DNA from: an uncultured Gammaproteobacteria bacterium
GTDB taxonomy: Bacteria; Patescibacteriota; Patescibacteriia; Magasanikbacterales; UBA922
DNA: 64,000 bases
Assembly: GCA_964612105.1 (NCBI GenBank)
Contig: CAZTEU010000003.1
Span: 67,050-131,049 of the forward strand
Reading direction: 5' to 3'
Part shown: piece after piece, positions 1 through 10,143 of the stretch
Layout: the number at the start of each line of letters is the position of its first letter
Position numbering within the stretch: position 1 is the first letter of the stretch
Position numbers and translations under genes: made by a program
The notes under the pieces: generated by a model
What the model saw: the letters and a program-made list of their open reading frames with translations, nothing else
What the model was told of the DNA's origin: nothing
The model's database searches: none

Positions 1-1008
1 GAAAAATGGTGCTGAGAAAGGAAATAATGCCTCAGGCTCGCTATGTAAAGCAAAATATATATATTCATCTTTTTCGCTGACCTTATTGTATAGATCTTTA
101 TACCCTCGTATGATTCTTCCTTTTCTAACAACCTTGTCCCATAACTCTACCCAAGGCTTTATTGTGGAATAATCATCCCTATCTTTATTTACGTTTCTAA
201 TGTAATCAATGTGTGACTTAAAGAACCAATATATAGATTTCCCTATTTTATCTACACGCAAGAAGCTAAAATGATGTTTTACAGAGCTAGAATCAGCAGT
301 AAACTTGTCAATTGCTTCCGAATCTTTTAGATAATAAAAAGGTTTAGTTTGGAAAGAGTGTAAGAAGTCCTCTGCTTTCTTATAATATTCTATATTTACA
401 GAATTATTTTTGTTGTTTTTCATTTCCTCAATTGTATCTTTTAAGTAGGTGTGCACTTTATATCTTTGACTTATTGTCTGCACATTCCCAACACGTGGCT
501 CAAATAGTAGAAGAGTTTTTATTCCTTTTTTCTTAGCTATCTCGTACAGTAAGTAACTACCCAAATTACCAACTATTGAAAATAATATAAAATCTGGTTT
601 TTCTTTTTCTATAAATTTAAGCACAGCCTTTGCTGTCACCTGAAATATTTTTATTAGGTCCTCATGGGAATACTCGGAAGTGTTGGAAGGGTATGCCCTA
701 CGTAGTAAATTAAATCTCAAAATGCGATCCAATAGTACATATGGCCAAAGATTAGGTAAACCATACTCTTTTTTAAAGTCCTTCAAAAACTGCAAATCAA
801 TTTCTTCATTCTTATATTTATTATAAACATCTTCCTCAAGTAAAAGATTTGTATATTCTATTTCTTTTTGCTTTGTTAGAAAATTATAACTCGACCGTGT
901 CGTAACATACGCACAGAACTCATCTACTCCATACTGTTCCTTTAAGAGTTTGACCATCTCATGGCCCAGGAACGCGAAGCGTCTTTGAAGAAGAAAACAT
1001 GCTTTCAT
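1..1008 (-). CDS. Hypothetical polysaccharide-biosynthesis-associated protein. It is partial: the start codon is in the window and the 3' end runs off the window edge.
   Basis: The ATG is at 1006-1008 on the minus strand and the reading frame stays open to position 1 (MKACFLLQRRFAFLGHEMVKLLKEQYGVDEF...). It is missing from the ORF track only because it is truncated. A weak resemblance to capsule-polysaccharide biosynthesis (KpsS/LpsZ-type) proteins is a guess. Confidence 0.45.
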   Translation of the reverse strand, partial: MKACFLLQRRFAFLGHEMVKLLKEQYGVDEFCAYVTTRSSYNFLTKQKEIEYTNLLLEEDVYNKYKNEEIDLQFLKDFKKEYGLPNLWPYVLLDRILRFNLLRRAYPSNTSEYSHEDLIKIFQVTAKAVLKFIEKEKPDFILFSIVGNLGSYLLYEIAKKKGIKTLLLFEPRVGNVQTISQRYKVHTYLKDTIEEMKNNKNNSVNIEYYKKAEDFLHSFQTKPFYYLKDSEAIDKFTADSSSVKHHFSFLRVDKIGKSIYWFFKSHIDYIRNVNKDRDDYSTIKPWVELWDKVVRKGRIIRGYKDLYNKVSEKDEYIYFALHSEPEALFPFSAPFF

Positions 1009-1014
1009 AATATC

Positions 1015-2220
1015 TTAATAGTCTTTTTTTATATCATTTAGTAGATTTTTCATTGCATTATTCCATCTACTTACTTGCCACCTGTGGTTCATTTCATCCT
1101 CAGATAATCTTTCAGAGCAACTCATAGACAGATTTCTTCTTAGTTCATCACTATCTCCCAATTTTTCTATCTTATCTGCCAAATCAATATGATTGTTATC
1201 CTCAAAATACAACGCGCTAGGACCTGCAACCCAGGACAAGCCACCGCCACCCGGCAAAATCGAAGGTAGTCCAAAAGCCAGCGCGTAGGATAGTGATACG
1301 GAAGTTAGTTCAGACCTCCACCTAGCTTGAATAAAAATGTCTGCTTTTTTGTAAAACTCAAAAACCTCTTCTTTTTTAACCCATCCTGGAAATTCAACAA
1401 ACCTATCTAGATCTAAATCTCTAACCATTCGTTCTATATTTTCCTTCTCAGGACCATCTCCTCCTAAAATTAGTCTGTACTTTTCCTTATTTTTTATCTC
1501 TGAAAACGCCTTTATTAGCAAGTCAAAACCTTTTCCAGGTGCCATTCTACTTGAGTAATAGAGAGTTATTGGTCTATTTTGCAATCCTTTCTCCAGGTAA
1601 CTGGTATCAGTTATATTATTTTCTTTCCTTATTCTCCCATAATCTATTGGATCTCCAGTGATAAGAGGTTGATTACTTTTGTTTAGCCCAAATCTTTTAT
1701 AGGCGCTTTCTAGAAACGGATTCGTATACAAAAATATATCTATACCTTTTGCAAAAGGTATCATAAGATATTTCTCAACGTACCATCTTAATTTTTCTTT
1801 TATGATAGAATAGTAGTTTTTGTTGTGAACACTAAAAAAACTGGATACATTTTTTGTCCAGCAAGACAATTCTCTGTTGAATAAAGCAGATACGGGACAC
1901 AACCCACCAGTCTTCCTATAAAAACCAGCTCCGTATAAAAATATATGACCATCTACATGGAAAAAATCTGCATCTTTTTCATATTTTTTTAGAATCTTAT
2001 AAATACCTTTTTGAATTCCTAATAAATGTGCGGAGTCTATTTGTTCCTCTATTAGTTTATAAGGTAAAGGCTCCTTTATATCATTCAAGTCTGAAAAGGT
2101 AGTAATGACTGATACTTCATTTCCTAGTTCACCAAGTGTTCTAATCATTAGATCAAATTCCTCAACTGACCCGCCCGAAGTGGAAAAATTTAACTTAGTA
2201 GTTATAAAAAATATTCTCAT
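1015..2220 (-). CDS. Glycosyltransferase family 4 (GT-B, Glycos_transf_1 C-terminal domain).
   Basis: The C-terminal region ...GGDGPEKENIERMVRDLDLDRFVEFPGWVKKEEV...SELTSVSLSYALAFGLPSI... is typical of GT4/GT1 enzymes. Confidence 0.75.
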   Translation of the reverse strand: MRIFFITTKLNFSTSGGSVEEFDLMIRTLGELGNEVSVITTFSDLNDIKEPLPYKLIEEQIDSAHLLGIQKGIYKILKKYEKDADFFHVDGHIFLYGAGFYRKTGGLCPVSALFNRELSCWTKNVSSFFSVHNKNYYSIIKEKLRWYVEKYLMIPFAKGIDIFLYTNPFLESAYKRFGLNKSNQPLITGDPIDYGRIRKENNITDTSYLEKGLQNRPITLYYSSRMAPGKGFDLLIKAFSEIKNKEKYRLILGGDGPEKENIERMVRDLDLDRFVEFPGWVKKEEVFEFYKKADIFIQARWRSELTSVSLSYALAFGLPSILPGGGGLSWVAGPSALYFEDNNHIDLADKIEKLGDSDELRRNLSMSCSERLSEDEMNHRWQVSRWNNAMKNLLNDIKKDY

Positions 2221-2232
2221 AAACTATCAAAG

Positions 2233-3252
2233 TCAAATATTTTTCATTTCAATTTGTTTGTTAATCCAGGGTATTACTTCATCTAAGATATCACTTAGTG
2301 AGGTTTCTGCAGTAAATCCAAGAAGGTTCTTTGCTTTGTCTGTTGCAGGTATCCTATTTTGCACATCATATGTGTAAGCTTTGTCGCTTACATATGAAAA
2401 ATTTTTGTGTGGAGATATCTTTTTCCAAATTAATTCTGCTAATGTAAGCACATCTGTAGACACATCTGTCGACAAATTAAAATCCTGATTTGTAGCAGCC
2501 TCTTTTTCAACACAAAGTCTTATACCCCTGGCTAGATCACCCCCATATGTATAATGTCTAATTTGATTTCCTTTGCCCAGTATATGTAAGGGATCTTGCC
2601 CTTTAAGTATTTTTTGTACCAAGTCTGGAACAACGTGACTCATCGCCAATGTTACATTACCTGATTTTATTTCTTTGTTGGAAAGCGCTCTTTTTTCTCC
2701 AACTCCAACACAATTAAATGGTCTAACAATTGTATATGGTAACCCGTATTGTTCTTGTGCACCTTTGGCAAAATACTCACAAGATAGTTTCTGAAATCCA
2801 TAGGTTGAGAGAGGAGGGGGGCATTTTAGCTGTTCCCCCTCTGGGGTTGGAAATACATCTGTACTCTCAAAGACCATAGAAGACGAGATTACATTAATCT
2901 TCTTTAATTTCTTATTTTTATACGCGTCAATAGCAACATCAAAAGTAGATGCCATTATCTTTTCATTTTCTGCCAAAAGATCATATGCAAATTCATGAAA
3001 ATAAGAAATTCCACCAATCATTGCCGCGAGTGCAATCACCTGATCACAATCTGAAATAAGGTCTGACATAAGAGCCACATCCTTAGCATCTCCAACAACT
3101 AGCTTATAGTTAGGATGAGAATCATAACTTTTTTCTACTTTACCGTATTTACTATAATTATCTATTCCAACAATCTCGTGACCATTGTCTAACAACTCTT
3201 GGACTAAATATCCAGCAATAAAACCAGCCGATCCAGTAACCAATATCTTCAT
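2233..3252 (-). CDS. NAD-dependent nucleotide-sugar epimerase/dehydratase (extended SDR).
   Basis: N-terminal Rossmann motif VTGSAGFIAGYL and a YxxxK catalytic motif (YGFQK). Confidence 0.75.
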   Translation of the reverse strand: MKILVTGSAGFIAGYLVQELLDNGHEIVGIDNYSKYGKVEKSYDSHPNYKLVVGDAKDVALMSDLISDCDQVIALAAMIGGISYFHEFAYDLLAENEKIMASTFDVAIDAYKNKKLKKINVISSSMVFESTDVFPTPEGEQLKCPPPLSTYGFQKLSCEYFAKGAQEQYGLPYTIVRPFNCVGVGEKRALSNKEIKSGNVTLAMSHVVPDLVQKILKGQDPLHILGKGNQIRHYTYGGDLARGIRLCVEKEAATNQDFNLSTDVSTDVLTLAELIWKKISPHKNFSYVSDKAYTYDVQNRIPATDKAKNLLGFTAETSLSDILDEVIPWINKQIEMKNI

Positions 3253-3260
3253 ATTGTATA

Positions 3261-4511
3261 TTATATAATTGAGTCTTCTTGTGTTTTGAAAATAAATCCT
3301 CTACCCCAATAATTCCAAACGTCTACAAATTGTTTGTTGGTATAACGGTATAGGTCTATATGTTTATACATATTGTGTGGTACACCAAGTATTATCACAT
3401 CTGAATCTCTTAATACCTGATCAAGTGAGCAAAACTCTGGACTTTCAAAAAATGGATCATGGCACAATACATTATCAGATGACATTAGAGCAACTTTTCT
3501 TAATTTGAAAGACAAACTATCCCGAATATCATCACTCTCTGCCTTAAAGGTCATTCCTAATATTCCAATGCTTTTATTCTTGATTGACCCCCCATTATTT
3601 TTCTTTATCTGTTCTATAATGAAATTTGGCAGACCTTCGTTAACAAGCATTGCGGAGTGTCCGAGCATGAAATTATTGTTGGTGAAAGCGGACAATTGCA
3701 TTGTATCTTTGAGTAAACAAGGACCAGCTGAAAATCCAGGCTTTGGAATGTTTTTTGCACGATCATAGTCTACAGTCATTATTTCATATATTTTGTGGTA
3801 ATCCAAATCATATGATGAAGCACTCATAAAGAACTGGTTTGCAACAGCAAAAGTAATATATCTCCAAGCATTACAGAATAGCTTTGATAGTTCAGCCTCC
3901 ATTGGTTTAGCATGAACTATTCTTGCATTTGTAATTCTTTTGAATAGTTTAGAAACGGTTTGAGTTGTTTGAGGATCAAATGCAGAAACAATCTGTGGAA
4001 GTTTTTTTATTTCTTCTAAAGCCTTACCTTCTACTATCCTTTCTGGACAGAATGAAACTCTTACTCTTTTTCCTTTATCATTAAAGTAACTTTGCAAACG
4101 TTCTGACGTGCCAGGATACACAGTGCTTCGTAGTATAAGTATTTGCTCATCATTAAAGTAAGGAAAATATTCATCCATTGTGCTTAATATCCCATGAAAA
4201 TTTGGATTCAAATACTCATCTATAGGAGTTCCAATTACAGTTATTATAGCATTACTCCTAGTTATTGCACTTGGATCAGTTTCACAAAATAATTTATTAT
4301 CTTCTAACACCTTATTCAAAGCATCCTCCCCACCTTCTTCCTTAAAAGGAAATACTCCAGAACTTATTTTGTCTAATACATCCTTATTTGTATCCAGTAA
4401 AACTGTCTTTACTCCAGAATTTGCAAAAGCAACCCCAAGAGGGAGTCCGATATGACCACCCCCACCTATAATACATACATCGTATTTTTCTTTTATATCA
4501 TTTTGAAACAT
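3261..4511 (-). CDS. Nucleotide-sugar dehydrogenase (UDP-glucose/UDP-ManNAc/GDP-mannose 6-dehydrogenase family).
   Basis: N-terminal IIGGGGHIGLPLG Rossmann motif, a CPERIVEGKA motif, and a catalytic Cys in GFSAGPCLLKD. Confidence 0.75.
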   Translation of the reverse strand: MFQNDIKEKYDVCIIGGGGHIGLPLGVAFANSGVKTVLLDTNKDVLDKISSGVFPFKEEGGEDALNKVLEDNKLFCETDPSAITRSNAIITVIGTPIDEYLNPNFHGILSTMDEYFPYFNDEQILILRSTVYPGTSERLQSYFNDKGKRVRVSFCPERIVEGKALEEIKKLPQIVSAFDPQTTQTVSKLFKRITNARIVHAKPMEAELSKLFCNAWRYITFAVANQFFMSASSYDLDYHKIYEIMTVDYDRAKNIPKPGFSAGPCLLKDTMQLSAFTNNNFMLGHSAMLVNEGLPNFIIEQIKKNNGGSIKNKSIGILGMTFKAESDDIRDSLSFKLRKVALMSSDNVLCHDPFFESPEFCSLDQVLRDSDVIILGVPHNMYKHIDLYRYTNKQFVDVWNYWGRGFIFKTQEDSII

Positions 4512-4520
4512 AGCTGTAAT

Positions 4521-4549
4521 ACTCTACCATAGTGATATTGACTAGTCAA
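4521..4549 (-). promoter_or_regulatory. Putative sigma70-type promoter for the dehydrogenase operon. It contains the perfect 12-bp palindrome TTGACTAGTCAA.
   Basis: On the minus strand the sequence reads TTGACT, 17 nt, TAGAGT, 9 nt, ATG. The -35 element lies inside the palindrome TTGACTAGTCAA (plus coordinates 4538-4549). Confidence 0.3.
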
Positions 4550-4634
4550 CAGACAAGCCAGCAAGGTATTATTGCTTAATTATCAGCAAAGAAATGTAAG
4601 ATTCTTGTCAACTTATTATAAAATGAGGTAATAT

Positions 4635-5741
4635 TTACGACAAGTTAGAATTAACTATACGATTTGCAATGTCTCTTGCTGCTTGCACCGATGTAACAAT
4701 TTTACCCTCAAATACAGACCAACAACCTCTTCCATGTTCGGTAATAGCGGTAACTCTTGCATCAGTCTCTTTTGATTGTTTTAATATTGGTAAAACTGCA
4801 AACATGGAGCGTATATATTTAGACTTGGCTAAAACAGGAATATAATGACTATTTGCTTCTACCATTTCTTCAAATCTAGTAGACAAGGATGCAATATATT
4901 CACTGGACCAAGGAACACCTTCTTTTGAGTATTTTGTTTCAATTATTGAGCGGGAAACATCACCTAGAGTATAAAATCCTGTGTGTCCAAATGGCACAAT
5001 TGTAACAAAGTCACCGTCCATTATAGTCACCGCTTGCTTAATATCAGTCGAGAGCTCTATTATCGGCAACTCCTTTAACCTAAACTCAAGTTCGATTGAT
5101 GGAAAACCAAGCCAGTTTTTCATTAAATTTTGATTTGCATATGTTGCGTTAACAACGTAATCAAAAACTTCCTCTCTTTTTACTCCTAAATTTGAAATGG
5201 TCAAAACTTTCTTTTCTGTTCCATCTTCAAATCTAGCATTTACAACTTTTGAAGACAGGTTTAGAGCAACAGAACTCTTGCTTCCTAACATTTCTTTTGC
5301 CATTTTTTTCAGCTTGTAAATATCGTACACCGGTTCATTTGTAAGAATACATATACCTACGGTATCTCTGTTCAACATAACATCTTTTGGGTATTCAACG
5401 TTATATTGCAAAGTCATGTCATCACAAAATTTTATAAATTCATCAGGGCTAACTTTTGATCCCTCCTTTGCAACAGCGTAATATGAAGGGATGTCTTCAA
5501 CTATTGCATCCTGCCACCGTGAACGAAAACTGTCTTGTGCATTAAGGCACTGTTTTACAGTCTCGCTACTTCTTGGATAGTGGAAACCATAATGGTGTCT
5601 ATACTGGTTAGCATAAGTACCTTTTTTCATCACATCATCTTCTTGTTCAAAAACAACAACATTAAAGTTGTTTGATAATTCAAGAGCACAGCTCACTCCA
5701 AATATACCTGCTCCAATTATTGCAACTCTGGGTTTACTCAT
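4635..5741 (-). CDS. FAD-dependent oxidoreductase (DAO-like).
   Basis: N-terminal VAIIGAGIFGVSCA dinucleotide-binding motif and a C-terminal GKIVTSVQAARDIA motif. Confidence 0.6.
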   Translation of the reverse strand: MSKPRVAIIGAGIFGVSCALELSNNFNVVVFEQEDDVMKKGTYANQYRHHYGFHYPRSSETVKQCLNAQDSFRSRWQDAIVEDIPSYYAVAKEGSKVSPDEFIKFCDDMTLQYNVEYPKDVMLNRDTVGICILTNEPVYDIYKLKKMAKEMLGSKSSVALNLSSKVVNARFEDGTEKKVLTISNLGVKREEVFDYVVNATYANQNLMKNWLGFPSIELEFRLKELPIIELSTDIKQAVTIMDGDFVTIVPFGHTGFYTLGDVSRSIIETKYSKEGVPWSSEYIASLSTRFEEMVEANSHYIPVLAKSKYIRSMFAVLPILKQSKETDARVTAITEHGRGCWSVFEGKIVTSVQAARDIANRIVNSNLS

Positions 5742-6703
5742 ATATCTTCATATTTTATTTCTATATTTTCACGCATGGACTTTTCTGCATGCGCAGCTAT
5801 GTTTACGATACGCGTACCCAATAAACCATTTGGGTATTCAGTTTTCTCGCCTTTTAATACTTTTACAAAGTAATCCAACTCAACCATAAGAGGCATTTCT
5901 TCTAATACTTTTATTTTTTCTTTAGTTTTATCTTTTTCAATTACAATTTCTTGTAATATCAAATCTACATAAATAATTTTATCTGAAAAATATACTGACA
6001 CTTTTCGTACTTTTGGTGACATATTCCAACTAAGCCTAACCCTACCTTGCAAACCTGATGGATATTCCAAAATAGTTTCTACATCATCCTCAAAATTAGA
6101 ATCTTCACGCATCTTTTCTCCTTTTGCACTAATTATATTTGGAACTTCTTCAAATAAATAATCAATTATATCAAAACCATGTAAATCAGAGTATAAAACT
6201 CCGCAATCTCTTGTAACTTTTTCTGGTGTATCGCCTAATACACACTCTACGGAATACGGTTTTGTGCTACTATTTTTTATTATTTCTTTTAATTTTATAA
6301 TTGATGGATGAAATCTATAAATATGCCCTAAAAATAAAATACGCCTTTCTTTATTGGCTATTCCGTGTAATTCCAATCCATCTTCTGTAGATAATGCAAT
6401 TGGTTTTTCCAAAAAAACATTAGTAAATTTTAAACATTTTTTTACCAAATCTTTGTGGGTAGACGGAGGTGTTACTATGTCTACCGCATCTACATGTTTC
6501 AACAAATCATCTGTTAGTGTATCAAAAAATTTTACTCCGACATCTTGCGCTTTTTTTTTACCTTTTTCGCTATGAATCACCACACCCACGAACTCTATAC
6601 CCCCCTTATTGCTAATCTCTTGTAAATCTCTAAGATGATGTGTGCCAAAATGCCCAATTCCTACAAGAAGGATGCGTGGTTTATTTATTTTTGATAACTT
6701 CAT
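5738..6703 (-). CDS. Gfo/Idh/MocA-family NAD(P)-dependent oxidoreductase (sugar dehydrogenase).
   Basis: ILLVGIGHFGTHHL Rossmann motif, an EKP motif, and a C-terminal alpha/beta domain. It overlaps the upstream gene by 4 bp. Confidence 0.65.
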   Translation of the reverse strand: MKLSKINKPRILLVGIGHFGTHHLRDLQEISNKGGIEFVGVVIHSEKGKKKAQDVGVKFFDTLTDDLLKHVDAVDIVTPPSTHKDLVKKCLKFTNVFLEKPIALSTEDGLELHGIANKERRILFLGHIYRFHPSIIKLKEIIKNSSTKPYSVECVLGDTPEKVTRDCGVLYSDLHGFDIIDYLFEEVPNIISAKGEKMREDSNFEDDVETILEYPSGLQGRVRLSWNMSPKVRKVSVYFSDKIIYVDLILQEIVIEKDKTKEKIKVLEEMPLMVELDYFVKVLKGEKTEYPNGLLGTRIVNIAAHAEKSMRENIEIKYEDI

Positions 6704-7643
6704 AAATCATGTATTGGCTACGATCTTGCTGTCCATAATAAATACGAAGTAAAATTTCTGCCACAAATCCAATCATAAACAATAATACAGTTAGTATTAT
6801 TAACATTGTTCCTATAAGAGGCAAAGGGGTGTCACTAAAATTTCTTATATGCACAAACTTTAAAACTATAGCACTTACAAAAGAAGCTGTTCCCAAAAAA
6901 AGCGATACAATAGACAGCGTACCAAAAAACCTAAGCGGTTTTGCAAAATAATTCAATAAAAATTTAATACTTATTAAATCAAAAAATACAAAAATCATTT
7001 CACCTATAGAATGCTTTGATTTTCCATGTTTGCGCTCACTATGTAACACAGGAACTTCCGCAATACGAGCTCCCCTATCGTGCGCAAATACTGGCATAAA
7101 AATAAACGTTTCACCAAGAAGTTGTATACCTTCCACAAACTCTCTCCTATATCCTTTTAGGGAACAGCTAAAATCATGCAAATTCACTCCAGTAATACGC
7201 GCAACAAGCCAGTTGGAAATCCTAGAAAAAATCCTACGACTAATCGAGTCGTGCCTATCTTTTCTCCAACCCACCACTGTCCCATAACCTTCTTTTAGTT
7301 TTTCAAAAATCTTGGTTATATCCTCTGGAGACATTTGCAAATCACTGTCAATTGTTATAATAAAATCACCATTGGCAATTTGAAAACCAGCATCAACTGC
7401 TGCGTTTTGCCCAAAATTTCTTGAAAACAAGACTGCTTTTATTGGTCTTAATTCTGACAAAATTTTACGAGATCCATCTTTTGAGCCGTCATCAACTGCT
7501 ATAATTTCATAAGGCTCTCCTATACTATCCAAAACACGCACCAATCGACTGTGCAATTCTCGTAAATTGCCCTCTTCATTGTAAACTGGAAAAATTACAG
7601 AAATCATATATTCAAGAAATAAGTGTAAGATTAATCGGGTCAA
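6681..7643 (-). CDS. GT2 polyprenyl-phosphate sugar transferase (DPM-synthase/ArnC/GtrB-like) with C-terminal TM helices.
   Basis: VIFPVYNEEGNL...IIAVDDGSKDGS and an IDSDLQ motif, followed by two C-terminal hydrophobic helices. The true start is probably the internal Met at ~7607 (MISVIFPVYNEE). Confidence 0.75.
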   Translation of the reverse strand: MTRLILHLFLEYMISVIFPVYNEEGNLRELHSRLVRVLDSIGEPYEIIAVDDGSKDGSRKILSELRPIKAVLFSRNFGQNAAVDAGFQIANGDFIITIDSDLQMSPEDITKIFEKLKEGYGTVVGWRKDRHDSISRRIFSRISNWLVARITGVNLHDFSCSLKGYRREFVEGIQLLGETFIFMPVFAHDRGARIAEVPVLHSERKHGKSKHSIGEMIFVFFDLISIKFLLNYFAKPLRFFGTLSIVSLFLGTASFVSAIVLKFVHIRNFSDTPLPLIGTMLIILTVLLFMIGFVAEILLRIYYGQQDRSQYMIYEVIKNK

Positions 7644-8301
7644 TTTTGTCTATCTCATCTGGAGATAAAAATGGAGGTCTTTGTCTACCGTAAACAGCGT
7701 ATACATCGTGATCTTTAACAAATCCATTCATTAAGTCAGTTAGATAGTACTCCCCGTTTTTGTGCTTGACCATAGGATACTTAAAAATATCACTGCTAAC
7801 CACCATTATGCCTGCTGCACATATATCAGATGTTGGGTTTTCTGGTTTCTCAATTACTTCTGTTATTCTTCCTTCCATGTCAATTTCTGCTATACCTGAC
7901 TGTTTGGGGTCTGGGGATCTGCTACACAACCAGCTATATTCTTTGTTTATACACTCATCAATTTCTCCCTTGCTTGGTAGTTCATCTCCATATATGATTA
8001 TAAACCTTTCGCCTTCCTGAAATAAGTCTTTTGCTAGCATAAGTGCAGTAGCAGTGCCTGTAAGATTTTCTTGCCTAACATATCTTATTTTTTTACCCTG
8101 ATAGCAACCCCCAAGATGCGTTCTCATTTTGTCTTCCATATAGCCCACCACCATTATAACTGTGTCTACCTCGTTCGGAAGTGCATCAAAGATGTAATCA
8201 ATTATCGGTTGATTCCCTATTCTTAGTAATGATTTTGGTACGTTTTGTGTTAGTGGTAGCATTCTTTTTCCTATGCCTGCTGCTAAAATGATCGCTCTCA
8301 T
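7612..8301 (-). CDS. Sugar-1-phosphate nucleotidyltransferase (NTP_transferase, short form).
   Basis: MRAIILAAGIGKRMLPLTQNVPKSLL is the canonical G-x-G-x-R nucleotidyltransferase motif. Confidence 0.75.
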   Translation of the reverse strand: MRAIILAAGIGKRMLPLTQNVPKSLLRIGNQPIIDYIFDALPNEVDTVIMVVGYMEDKMRTHLGGCYQGKKIRYVRQENLTGTATALMLAKDLFQEGERFIIIYGDELPSKGEIDECINKEYSWLCSRSPDPKQSGIAEIDMEGRITEVIEKPENPTSDICAAGIMVVSSDIFKYPMVKHKNGEYYLTDLMNGFVKDHDVYAVYGRQRPPFLSPDEIDKIDPINLTLIS

Positions 8302-8379
8302 ACTAATAAGAATTCATAAAATATATGAACATATCCTACCACCAACATACTATTATGTCAATGTATTATTGGTGTTTGT

Positions 8380-10143
8380 TTAGGGAAGAAATTGATAAAT
8401 AAATATACCATTATTACTATAAACCTCACTCAAATTAGGTAAATCATTTAAAATATCTTCTTTTAATCTTCCTTCCGACAAAACATAGTCTATCTTAAAT
8501 ACTGATAATTCTGTGTAGAAATCTTGTTTTAGAAATTCTACATATTGTCCTGGCAACTCAGACAAACGCTTGTCTAGTTTGAGATCTGGGAAGCCTAAGG
8601 TTCTCTGCAACTGATATTGAAGAGAGCTAGATGCCTCATCCCTATTTTCTTCTATATATCTATTAATATCGGCCCCATCAACACCACGAATGCGGAGTAG
8701 TGACAAGTATCTGTGATAGAAATCATCAGGATTAGTTAATACTGATTGATTCTCAGTAGAATAATAAGAATTACAATGAGTAAATGCGGGTATTAAGTTG
8801 CTCCACCTATCCCCGCCCAAATCAGTGGAGAGTACTGCGCACTCTTTTTCAACACTGTTAAAGAAACTAAAGATCTCTGTGTGTGATTGCAATCTAGAAA
8901 ATTCGGAATATCTATTACTGTATGCACTCATTTGCTGATAAACAGCAAGAAAAGAGGAAGTGGCTAATACCAAGAGAACTATGGTTAGTGTTATTTTCTT
9001 AAACTTTTCATAATATATGTTACGCATTATTAGCATTATTGAAATATAAGAAAAAGGAATAGTATAGAACACATAGTGATAGTACCAAACCTCCACACCT
9101 GTAATTATCTGCTGATTATAAACAATAATACTACTTAACAACAACACTAATGAAACCCACCACCAGTATGGAAATGGTTTTTTTATTATTTTTGCATAAT
9201 ATCCATATATTGAGGAAAGCGTGAAAAACAACAACGAAGCGACAACAAATTTATTTATATGAGGGGTACGCGTAAAAAACATACCTATTCTCGCGGCTGC
9301 TTCAGGGTACCATTCTATTTTAGACGCTTGAATATTATTAATCCAATATCCTAATGAAAACATTATTCCCAAAAATAGGATCAATAGATAATTCAAAATT
9401 AGATTCCAATCTTTATTTAATAAAGCTCTTAAACTAAACAATCCCAAAACAACAAAAGCTAGTGTCCAACTAAAGACATAGCTTGCCATCATTATTGCAA
9501 GTGAAGCTCCAGATAGTAACACCCACCTCTTTTTCTTATTATGTAGGTTAATTCTATTTAAGCAATATAAAAAGAAAAAAAGTAAAATAGCTCCAGAGAC
9601 AGGATTTACTGGTCGTGTCCAAATTAAAAAACCTTGTGGAGACGAAACCCCCTTAATATATGAAATGATTGAACCGTAATCAACCAAATCAAAACCAAAA
9701 ACAATCAGTATTCCTGATGTCACTGCGAATATAACATTAAGAGCTCCTTCTCTTTTATTTTTTACTTTTACCAAATCATAAAAAAAGATATAAATAGCAA
9801 AAAAAAGCAATAGAGGGAAAATAAATTTACCTATTAAAATTGAGGTAACCAGTGATATACCAAAAAAAACCGGTATTGTGTACATCTTAAACAAAGTAGA
9901 AGGTAGTAGAGGAATTTTATCCTTATACTCAAAAAAAGGCATTGAAGCTACTTTTGTATGACCATCTAAAACTTCTTGCATAATAGCGATATACGCATCC
10001 TCGTTTGGTGTAGCAAGCATGTGAATCCCTCTATAATTATCACCAAGACTATATATGAAGAAAAATTGAGGAAGTATACAAACAAGACCAACAAAAAAAG
10101 ATGTAATTATCCCAACCTTATGCTTTTTTATATAACTACTCAT
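8380..10143 (-). CDS. Polytopic membrane protein, GT-C-like glycosyltransferase (GT39/PMT/ArnT-related) with a C-terminal soluble domain.
   Basis: About 11 predicted TM helices plus a roughly 180-aa hydrophilic C-terminus. The first loop carries an acidic E-D-A-Y motif (PNEDAYIAIMQE) that resembles the ArnT/PMT DE-x-x-Y motif. Confidence 0.45.
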   Translation of the reverse strand: MSSYIKKHKVGIITSFFVGLVCILPQFFFIYSLGDNYRGIHMLATPNEDAYIAIMQEVLDGHTKVASMPFFEYKDKIPLLPSTLFKMYTIPVFFGISLVTSILIGKFIFPLLLFFAIYIFFYDLVKVKNKREGALNVIFAVTSGILIVFGFDLVDYGSIISYIKGVSSPQGFLIWTRPVNPVSGAILLFFFLYCLNRINLHNKKKRWVLLSGASLAIMMASYVFSWTLAFVVLGLFSLRALLNKDWNLILNYLLILFLGIMFSLGYWINNIQASKIEWYPEAAARIGMFFTRTPHINKFVVASLLFFTLSSIYGYYAKIIKKPFPYWWWVSLVLLLSSIIVYNQQIITGVEVWYYHYVFYTIPFSYISIMLIMRNIYYEKFKKITLTIVLLVLATSSFLAVYQQMSAYSNRYSEFSRLQSHTEIFSFFNSVEKECAVLSTDLGGDRWSNLIPAFTHCNSYYSTENQSVLTNPDDFYHRYLSLLRIRGVDGADINRYIEENRDEASSSLQYQLQRTLGFPDLKLDKRLSELPGQYVEFLKQDFYTELSVFKIDYVLSEGRLKEDILNDLPNLSEVYSNNGIFIYQFLP

